DNA of 63,395 bases, filler included, from Bigelowiella natans CCMP2755 (taxonomy: Eukaryota > Protista > Cercozoa): NCBI GenBank assembly GCA_000320545.1. It is 8 parts of 8 records of this genome, joined end to end, with 100 filler letters (N's around TTAATTAATTAA, not from the genome) between each part and the next. Parts side by side here need not be neighbours in the genome. Positions count along the whole stretch, not along the records: positions 50,550 to 60,098 come from ADNK01002774.1; positions 60,199 to 61,769 come from ADNK01002234.1; positions 61,870 to 63,395 come from ADNK01003496.1; 5 more parts are not named here. One strand, 5' to 3'. Positions 54,326 to 63,395 of this stretch are shown piece after piece. Position numbers and translations under genes: made by a program. A model generated the notes under the pieces. The model was not told the origin of the DNA and did not search any database. It saw only the letters and a list, made by a program, of their open reading frames with translations. Each line of letters starts with the position of its first letter. Within the stretch, counting starts at the first letter, position 1.

Positions 54326-54410
54326 GAGCAGATTTATGAAGCCATGAATCAATCGATCACGAGCCTGAGCAACTCTGACGGTTGAGGATTGGTCACTCAT
54401 GGATCTGCTC
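54326..54410 (+). promoter_or_regulatory. Candidate SECIS-like hairpin 2 (AUGA/GA core, non-AA apical loop)
   Basis: 14-bp basal stem GAGCAGATTTATGA/TCATGGATCTGCTC; core ATGAA/GGAT; helix TCAATCG(A)TCA/TGACGGTTGA; apical GAG..CTC minihelix. Confidence 0.55.
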
Positions 54411-54419
54411 TAAAATGAT

Positions 54420-55480
54420 GATCTTTAACCATCACAAAGTCGTCCACGCACGTTTCATTCCATTTCTGCTAGCATAACTGATGCAGTATTCATGTATCAT
54501 TAATACACATCGATCGATACGGATGTTAAACTACATTGCCGTTGTTATGGCTTGACCAAATCCACAGATACGTGCTGCGATCGATGGTCGAATCGAATCG
54601 CCGAAGGCATGCTCTGTTAGTCTAGATGCTCGATACGGCCTAGCTAGCTAGACGGTATCGGCAACTCGCCGGCCCGACATGCCATCTTTTGAGTTAGCAT
54701 GCCTAAAACTCAAAGGACGCAGCAGCTCAAATAACATTCACATGAGATCGTGAAGAACGCATGTGCATTTCTAGATTTCTACATCGTAGATTTATTTGAT
54801 AGCGCATTATGCACGCTTTGCGCACCAACAATGTGCACGCACACAAACTAGCTAGCTAGCTATGTAGCTAGAATTAACCGCTCTACCTCACGTACACGCA
54901 AGCCAATAACTAGCTTGCGATGCTAGCTAGCTATGTCGCAGCGCCACAGCTAGCTGCAGTTCTAGAGTTGCATGCGCAACAGTGCGGCCATATAGCATGT
55001 GCCGTGTATACGTGCTATAGCAGTGTGGTGCACATATATACATACACGCTCTAGCTGTGTAGTGTGCGTGTGCAAATGGCCATAGTGCAGTCTATATAGC
55101 AGCAGTGGAGGAGACTAGGAGAGTGCTAGAGTGCACGTGGCTGTAATCGCATTGCCATATCTAGTCATGCTTTGTTGTCGTCGTGCAGGTGCGATCGCGG
55201 TGTCATTGTTGTACGTACGGTTGCATTTATGCATGACTATCAGATTGAATTTGGCACTCACACACACACAAACAGTCTAGACAGTCTAGCTGCTAAAAAT
55301 AAATGGAGTCTGGAGTTTTTTTTTCAACTTGCTCTGCCGTTGCAGTGCTTTGACTGTACACACGATACGCTCGTCTTAAAAAACAAGGCTAGTTCTGTAG
55401 ACACAGCTGTAACATTTTGCTCCCCCCCCCCCCCCCCCCCCCTCTCTCTTCTCGTAACATGACGGATTAACTAGCTGAAG
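54420..55480. other. Partially TpA-eroded, CTAG-enriched island 5
   Basis: About 20 CTAG in ~900 bp by manual count, including (CTAG)3 at 54640-54651 and 54848-54859. Rich in TGCA, CATG and CACA; some TATA remains. Confidence 0.7.
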
Positions 55481-56502
55481 GAGGCATAGAATGTAATGAA
55501 GACGTAGCCAGTTTGTTCTGGATGGTGATATGATTCACAGTTCGGTGAAATCTCGTGAGAGGGAATCTCCAAGAGGGCCACGAATTGTGGAGCGAGATCT
55601 CTTTCGTGAAATACCGTTGCATGATGGACAAGATGCACTGCTTGGAAAGCGAAAAGAAGACACGCGTCTCAAAGGCGATCTCTGATTTGACAAGTCACCA
55701 TCATTTCCGTAAACCGCGATGATTAATGCCTTTGTTAGCCACTCGCACCACGGAGCATTATTCTTATCAACCTCAAGCGTATGCAGCATCGCTTTTGGGG
55801 ACTTGTCCATGATCTTGGGTTGTCAGCCCTACGCCAACTTGTTGGAAGCATTTCCGAGGCACGATTCGTCACATGCAGAAAACCCGGCGGAATTCCGCAT
55901 CGTATCAACCTGGTAATGCACTCAGCAGAAAATGTGCACTACTTAGGGAGTCAGAATCGCTTCCTGCACATGTGTCGTCATGTTTCCACGGAATCGGCAG
56001 AAAATGTGCACTACTTAGGGAGTTACGGAGCAGCAGCCACAGTTGATCGTCCATTATGCACGAGAATGTCGTTGGACCAAAATTTCATCGACGTCTTACC
56101 AATAAGTCATGTATACATACATATTTGATTTGTGAGACCGAAGTCGTCTCCAAAAACTCGAGATCACATTTAGTGATCCGCTCCACGGTACTTTTTAGTA
56201 AAAGGCGAAAAAGTAATGCGTTCTGAAGCGAACCCGTGTGTGACTTCAGGCTCGAATTCAGACAAAGGTAGACCCAATTGTGACACATCAACCACGCACT
56301 TCCAGGTCTCCAGAAGCGCATTTAATGCTTCGAACATGTGGCCAAGCCGCCGATTTCACAATGCGACAATGAAAAATAGCATTTCGGTAGCCTCAAACGG
56401 TAACAAACGGAACTCGAACGTCGATGCAACGTTCCGTACCCACACCCGTTAATGGCTTCCGTAAATAGAGCATAGCTCGAGCTAAGCTCTCAAGAAGTGC
56501 CG

Positions 56503-57648
56503 ATGCAACCATTGGATGTGCTCATATTTACAGTGATTTTGCGGTCCTGTGCGCTTGGATCTCCGTACACAGGCTCCTTCAACCACGCTAAGTCCGTCGA
56601 CGAAAGGTGATTTCCAAAACGCAGAGCTTTCGAGAGCGTAGAGCAACAATCAATAGAGAAGACAACTTGCTTACCCTTTAGGTACCCGCGAACAGTATTG
56701 AAGAACGACAGGCTTCGCGTTAATGTTTACTTGCCTGACCACCGGCATGGCTACTATAGATCCTGTCGCTTCGACTGGTCCTCCATGGTCGGGCCTGTTG
56801 AGCTCGACGGGAAGGTACAGATGCTTGTAGACTGGCGAACACCTCACGACCCACTCAACCCGGAACATGGGATCGGTTTTGCATTTGAATTCGGAATGCC
56901 TGGAGCGGTGGACCCAGCAGGATATGACCAAAGCGTGCATTTTCTTAAACTCGGCGTTGGGATCTGCAGGAAGGAGAGCCTCACGATGCCGTACAACTTT
57001 TCGTTTCCGTATCCCGTCGTTGATCCAGGAAAATGGACCGTCAACCAGAGCGGTGAGACAGAGTTGAAATTTTCTCACCGCATTCATTTTCAAGGATGGG
57101 CTTATTCCTATGAAAAAAAACTGTCTCTACGTGATAACGAGCTTCACATCGCGCATTCCTTGGAGAACACGGGAGAGAAGCCATTGTACTCTTGGGCATA
57201 TAGTCACAATCTATTCCAAATTAAGAACAGAACAGTTGGACCGGGATATTCATTTCGCCTCCCATTTCAAATCAGTGCTAATGATTTTGCGAATAATTGT
57301 GTGGGTAATCCCGCACAAGTCCTTTTACCGGACTGCTCACAGCCAGCATCCTCTCCAGTAAACAATTTTACTTTTTCGAGGAAACTAGTGGAGACCGATG
57401 TCCTCTATTGTGACTTCACTGCCGCATTAACAGCACAGCAAGGAGCTCTCCATGGAGCTTCATCTCACAGGTTCAGCGTCAGTGATAAAAACTATGGCGG
57501 TATGTCAAAGGAAGGAACAGAAAAAGTTGAGTCGTACCACTTCTACGCAACAGACTCCGTCCTTGCAGTGGAACCTTTCATGAGAATAGCGATTCAACCA
57601 GGACATCGCCAAATGTGGCATCATAAAATCAAATTCCATCAGAATTAA
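56503..57648 (+). CDS. Secreted galactose-mutarotase/aldose-1-epimerase-fold protein of bacterial type; 2 exons (56503-56591, 56682-57648)
   Basis: Exon 1 is signal-peptide-like (MQPLDVLIFTVILRSCALG) and joins in phase through a GT-AG intron. Exon 2 reads YLPDHRHGYYRSCRFDWSS..EFG..FLKLGVG..YSYEKKLSL..HSLENTGEKPL..YSHN..AVEPF..PG..W. Confidence 0.65.
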
Positions 57649-57699
57649 TAAACGAAAATAGTGAAATAACAAATCGTTGATATCGGAAACGTGCAGCGA

Positions 57700-58260
57700 A
57701 GCGTGGGGCAACGCCGGCGATGCATTGCAGCTTACCAGTAGATTTTATACATTGATATCTAGATATCGGTGTGATGATTTCTAGATTATGCATACGATAT
57801 TGTGGCCATTGTAGGGTTTGTGATTTATATCCGGTCATCATTTTTTGTGCGTATCGTATGCGCGCGATGCATGTATGGTGACTAAAGCTGTGTATAATGT
57901 ATAATGTGATGTTTGTAGAACATATGTACATGTTGACAAAGTAGTCACCTGTGCTGCTAGGGCCCATGCTAGCATGGCACGGCCGATGTGCACAACCGGA
58001 AACAGCGGACTAGCGGAGCACTCTAGCAATGCTAGAATGCTACTTTCTAGTGTCATAGCGATGTTGCGACGAGGCAAATCGAATAAGTGCAGCAAGCTAC
58101 AACATATTGTCATGAGCAGCGTGCGACTAACTAGCCATTATTGCATCGCATCGATCACGGAGAGAGCAGTGATAGACCGCAACTTAGCTGTAACTTGCTA
58201 GCTTGGCTGTCATACAATTGGCTCTGCTCTTCATTGGAGCCAGCATATATCCCTCTCTCG
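57700..58260. other. Partially TpA-eroded, CTAG-enriched island 6 between convergent genes
   Basis: Core 57950-58200 is dominated by CTAG, CATG and TGCA, e.g. CATGCTAGCATG. Confidence 0.65.
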
Positions 58261-58574
58261 CTCTCAAATGTTACCCATCATCAATTATTCATCATCATCA
58301 TCATCATCATCATAGTTGCATCAGTCGGTTATTGGCGCCCCCTTTGCACGGCATCACAACGAGTGCAATATGCTGACTCTCGTCACACGAGCGGCGAACT
58401 CACAGAAACCGTAGAAATCCACGCTCTTACACATTGCCGTGAAAGCCTCCGCTACAATGAATCAATTTAAAAAAAAAAATCATGTAAGAGAGCGGCCTAC
58501 CGCACGACGGACAAAAAGAAAATGGATGCTGTGATGAAATCTGATCTTTGTGCTGTATGTGTGGGGGCGGCGCA

Positions 58575-60098
58575 TTAGCAACCTTCTGCTGCCTGAGACT
58601 CGGAGAGATCTTCATTCGGTTTTTCCCTGTAATGTTGTCGCCTTAACCTACCCCACCTTGACCACTTCCATCCGCACTTATGCGCTATCTCTAGAACATC
58701 CTTCAGGAGGGGCGGCTGCAGACCTAGAGAGCAGCAGAGGAATAAGGGGAAATTGAGCGAGCACCAACATAATCCCCCCCCCCCCCCCCCCCACACACAC
58801 ACAGGTAAACCGTAGGGTCCAAGAATATGTACACATGTGCCGGAGGGAGCAGAATGCAACACAGGTACTACTTTACACACGCACACGCTACCTCCGCGGA
58901 TGATGGGTTGTAGCTGTGAATGCACGTCTCGCATCATCAGACACACGCCACGGAACGTGAGCATGCCTTCGGCATCTTTCGGATACTTTTGCCAGGACGC
59001 CTTCAACGCGCCTCTCATCCCTGTGTGAGCGACCACACCAAAGTCGTCGGAAAAGATATTTCTAATTTCAGAACGGAAGGCCGTAGGCAGAATACATGCA
59101 CGCACACGGGATGAACGCACACTTTAGATTGTTGGCGATGTGTATGTGTACGTGTGTGTGCGTGTTTGTAAGTGTTTGTGTGTGTGTGAGTGCATCTTTC
59201 TGAATGTTCATTATTTTTGAATTAAGAAGATAAAACACGGACGTCGGCTCTGGATCAGCTTCCTTGCCTTCTCCTAAAGGTATAGCAACACCGATGTGTG
59301 AGTTGATGTCGAAACATTCTTTTGGGGAAAGGGGGGGGGGGTGGGGGGAGAAAGAAATAGAGAGATCCTGTGCAAGAGAAGAAAGGTTTGCCTTTCATTT
59401 CCTAGACTGTTAGTTGGTTTCAACTCAACAACACACGATAGAAATGTCTATGGCCTTTATTTTTCTTACCGAACTATACGTGGTCTTTTGGATCCGGTCA
59501 CATATATGTGTACAAGCGTCGCCAACCTGCAAAAGAAGCAGGAGGGGAAAGAGGAAGAGAAAGAGAAAGAGAAGGAGAGAGGGGAGGAGAGAGAGAAGCA
59601 AGGGGAGGGAATAGCAGCGATCAGAATGTGAGCAAGGCGGCGCAACTTTCTTACTATAACAGCCAAACACAGACATCAAGGCACGCATAGACGTATCATC
59701 CCCCAGCGCCCCCCGCTCCCCCCCCCCACACACAAACACAATACGCACTCAAACTCGCATTCACGGGTACAACGCGGGACTTACTGTGTTGAAAACCGGG
59801 ATATTGAACCTCTTGGCCATTTTTCTGTTGTAGCGATGATGCAAGAGTAGGTCGCTATCAGACTCCACCTTCCCATTCCACCTCCCCCCCCCCTCCCCCC
59901 CTTCAACTCTCCCCTTCCTGCTCTTAGTATGCTCCCATTTTCAGTGGCGAGGGGAAGCTTGAGTATCAGTACCCTAATCATCCATCATCATCATTCTTCT
60001 CCCCCTCTCCCCCCCCCCCCTCCGTCGTCATCATCATCTGGCAATACCGTAAGCGATTTCTCGCGTTGTTGAGCTCCCTTAACTCCACGATGGGCACC
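58575..60098 (-). CDS. Hypothetical protein, 3' part (multi-exon)
   Basis: Splice-bounded segments, e.g. KMAKRFNIPVFNT; FDINSHIGVAIPLGEG; ALKASWQKYPKDAEGMLTFRG; LQPPLLKDVLEIAHKCGWKWS. No family recognised. Confidence 0.4.
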
Positions 60099-60198
60099 NN
60101 NNNNNNNNNNNNNNNNNNNNNNNNNNNNNNNNNNNNNNNNNNTTAATTAATTAANNNNNNNNNNNNNNNNNNNNNNNNNNNNNNNNNNNNNNNNNNNN

Positions 60199-60264
<66 letters not shown>

Positions 60265-60299
60265 GGCAATGACAGCGACGATGACCTCAGCTTCGAGGA

Positions 60300-61090
60300 C
60301 AATGAGGACACGATGGAAGAAACGATTGACTGATTGGTCTGATAGGAAATGGTTCGTCCAGCGGGAAGGACTCTCGCATGTCGCTGCGTTTCGAATCTGA
60401 TTATTGCGTATGCACGTACTCCTTGTGCTAGCAGTGCAATGAGGCTAGCCGTGTTGATCCTCGACAAAGATGTAGAAAATCTAGCAAATCAATGCTGCTG
60501 TCGCATTGCACGCACTAGTCTAGCACATCCAGTCCAGACATGTCTGATGATATGTGCATGTTGTGAGCAACGTTCTGAGCAAGCTGACTAGGCAAAGCTA
60601 GAAAGCTCTTCAATGCTGCGATGTCGCATGCACACAGCCCCACATTTAGACATTTCTAGATATAAACTTGACAATGGTTGAGGCAAGCTAGCACACTTTG
60701 AGCTAGAAGACCTACGTACTTCTCGGCACCGTATCTAGCGTATATGTAATCTAGCAATATGCAATGTGCACTGTCGTGACACTTGTTTTTTCAAATGACA
60801 CTACATTCTTTTCTAACACCTGTACACATCTAGACATCAGACATATCTGTGCACATTTGTAGCTAACTAGCTAAGTGCAACAGGCATGAATGCAAAACGC
60901 TACACTCTGGCCACAACTACACATGCAGTCTAGCGATGTGTGTGTTTATATGTTTGCCATGCTAGCATGCTAGCATGATGCAGTGCGTGTAATGCGTATC
61001 TCATGCCGCTACACATTAGCTAACTATAGCTATAGGCGCACAGCGCATCTGACATCGTTCGCTCATCGCACACTTCAACTGTTGCTATAA
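60300..61090. other. Partially TpA-eroded, CTAG-enriched island 7, downstream of PP2C
   Basis: Many CTAG, e.g. CATGCTAGCATGCTAGCATG at ~60958. Residual TA is mostly in CTA/TAG context. Confidence 0.65.
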
Positions 61091-61142
61091 TGCTCATATA
61101 AGAGTTTTATTATTGTGAGACGGTTCAGCTGGACTTGTGCTG

Positions 61143-61737
61143 TTATATTTTCCCCTGCTTCTCCTCCCCCCCCTCGTCGTTCTGCTGCCGTTGCTTATCA
61201 TCATGCAGATGGGATAGATCAATTATCACGACCGCTACATTGTCTTCCGAGCCATACGCGATCGCATTCTCACATAAAGACTTCGCCGCTTCTTCCAGCG
61301 TGGCGCCCTCCTCTAACATAACACGGGCAGTGCCAATGGCCTCTCCCGAATCATATACATCCCATAACCTAATACGATGCATGCAAGGAAGGACAAATAC
61401 AGGCAGGAAGAAAATCAGGCCGCATTATTGCACTCGACCCACCATTCATTCGACATCTCACTGTCCCATTCAATAGCTTCCTCAAAATAGCCACCGAGCT
61501 ACTACAACGGTTCAGTGCGCGGCCGCGCAAATGACCCGTCGCTGGCGACGATGAGAATATCGTCCTCGGCCGTGACGCAGATTTCAGTCACGTCCGGTGT
61601 GGCAATGATCGGATCTCCGGTAAACTCGAGCGACTCTGCAAACTCCTCCGCCCAGTACCCCATCTCGACGCAGAACTTCTTTAAGTCGTTCAGCCCTTCC
61701 CCTAATGGGCGATCGATTTTTAATGACGCACGTCCGT
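61143..61737 (-). CDS. Protein phosphatase 2C (PPM), C-terminal exons
   Basis: IIATPDVTEICVTAEDDILIVASDG-LWDVYDSGEA..AAKSLCENAIAYGSEDNVAVVIIDL contains the PP2C DGLWD and GSxDN motifs. Confidence 0.9.
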
Positions 61738-61869
61738 ACGTTACTCAGGGAGGGGGGGGGGGGGGGGGTNNNNNNNNNNNNNNNNNNNNNNNNNNNNNNN
61801 NNNNNNNNNNNNNTTAATTAATTAANNNNNNNNNNNNNNNNNNNNNNNNNNNNNNNNNNNNNNNNNNNN

Positions 61870-62624
61870 AGTAGTAGAGGAGGAGGAGAGGAGAGGAGGG
61901 GGGGGGCGGACTAACAATTATAGAAATAAAACCGAAAATTTTGTTGTGACCAAAGTTCAACGGTATTTCGCACTAGGATATACTACTCGCTACGCTACTA
62001 TGCAATGTTCGGTTGTGGCGTCGCTACCTGGGATAATGACGAGGAATCATCGTTTCCTGCTGCCATAGCCTTTGCCGCATCGACTCTCTTTGCATTGACA
62101 ACTGCTGCACTCTATAGAGGGGGGAGAGAGAGAGGGAGGGGCAAGGAAGAAGTAAAGATTTTAGTATGGAAACAGCTGCATCATTTGTATTGTTTTAAAA
62201 ATGACAAATTGAGAAGAAGCAACGGGTGCCAAGAAAAACATTCTCTGACCGTCGTTATTTGGGAGAGACACTGCTGCCTAACCCACCCCCCTCCCCCCCC
62301 TCAAGCACATTCATCGTTGAGGCAAGAATCCTCTACAACAACCTGAATTTCATCAGCTCTTTCTCCAGAGGCCTTCTTCTCGTCCTTACTCCTCTATATC
62401 ATCATCAACAACAGATGCATTTGAAGTATAGGCGAAGGGAAAAAAGCGGTTATAAGAGGCAAGGTCGAGGAGGCAGTGCATGCTGGTGAGAGAGACTTAG
62501 AGAAGTGTGGTTTGATTGATGTGGCGATACATCCTCTCCCCGCAAGTATTCACGGGGATCAAAGTGAGCAGTTTCGCCGATCGATTTCAAGCAGAAAATC
62601 GTCTCTCGACAACAACAACACCAA

Positions 62625-62669
<45 letters not shown>

Positions 62670-63395
62670 GCGTGTTGAAATGAAAGGTGACCGTCGCGAT
62701 ATTTTTGACACGAAACAAAGGGGAATAAACGCATCCGGCTCAACCGACGCGAAAATCGGATATCTTAATCTTTCTCTCAAAAGTCGTCTTTCCAATCTCT
62801 TCGCCTCGCATAGATCGTTACTATTAGCAGCCGGCACAACTCCCCCCCCCCCCCCCCCCCCTTCCCTCCCTGTATCTATATCGCTTCCATTTTTGTCGTT
62901 GTCATTGTAGCATCATCATCATCATAACTCTCACCTCATCCTTCCAGTCATCAATCCATTCCTTGGCGCTTATGCCCTTGGCCATTGCACCAGATGAAGA
63001 AGCTCCAAGATTTGGAGGGCTTGCAAGCTTCACCGCTCCTGCTGCTGTCAGTTCGCGCTCTCTCCTTATTTTATTCAAGAACGCGGCCCCGAAACCGAGG
63101 CCGAGGCCGCTCACGATGATGCCCCCCCCTCCTCCGCTGCTGCTCTTGGTCTCCTTGAGCTGCTTCTCTTTTGCCCTTCTGATTGGGTGATGGGTGGGAA
63201 ATACTCGTTGGAATATAATATGCAGGCGACACTCTAGAAATATCTTACCTTCGCGTCCACCGTCTTTGGCTTTTCTTCCGCTCTCACCACCACCTGCTTC
63301 TTACTTGCGCAGCGGGAGATGAGGGAGGGTTTTGGAGCACAATCGGTGTGGTGGCAATGGGGGGGGGGGCAACGGCACACGGGGTTTCGGGTTTA
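61870..63395 (-). CDS. Hypothetical protein, internal exons (one TM segment plus charged helices)
   Basis: Exons such as VSGLGLGFGAAFLNKIRRERELT..SAKEWIDDWKDE and AAVVNAKRVDAAKAMAAG. Both ends are truncated. Confidence 0.4.

Noticed and set aside
55500-56460. Possible gene or pseudogene fragments upstream of the epimerase-fold gene
   Set aside because: Short ORFs with no recognisable domain or consistent exon chain.

Overview
Eukaryotic nuclear DNA: intron-rich, with introns packed with microsatellites. It is most likely a chlorarachniophyte-type alga, inferred from a green-type plastid aspartate aminotransferase with a bipartite signal + transit leader. The window is eight unrelated contig pieces joined by artificial 100-nt linkers (44N-TTAATTAATTAA-44N). 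By splicing exons manually I recovered: two mitochondrial carriers (DIC/OGC-like; EF-hand SCaMC-like), a VHS-GAT (TOM1-like) protein, an intronless plastid AspAT, a ubiquitin-like protein, a GH141-like beta-helix protein, a BTB protein, a TPP1/Est3-like OB-fold protein, a glycosyltransferase-like protein, an amino-acid transporter, a Ty3/Gypsy RNaseH-integrase fragment, Sec10, a selenocysteine-type GILT (in-frame TGA in UxxC, plus two SECIS-like hairpins), a bacterial-like aldose-epimerase-fold protein and a PP2C. The standout signal is non-genic. Intergenic islands, two of them built of stacked LINE 3' ends, have had TpA erased: I found zero TpA in about 2.0 kb at 14248-16259. Survivors follow a strict hierarchy (CTAG > CTA/TAG half-sites > other), CpG is retained, and paralogous copies show reciprocal TG/CA at the same position. 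This looks like repeat-directed, double-stranded A:T->G:C hypermutation of TpA, the mirror image of fungal RIP. All counts are manual and no database searches were run.
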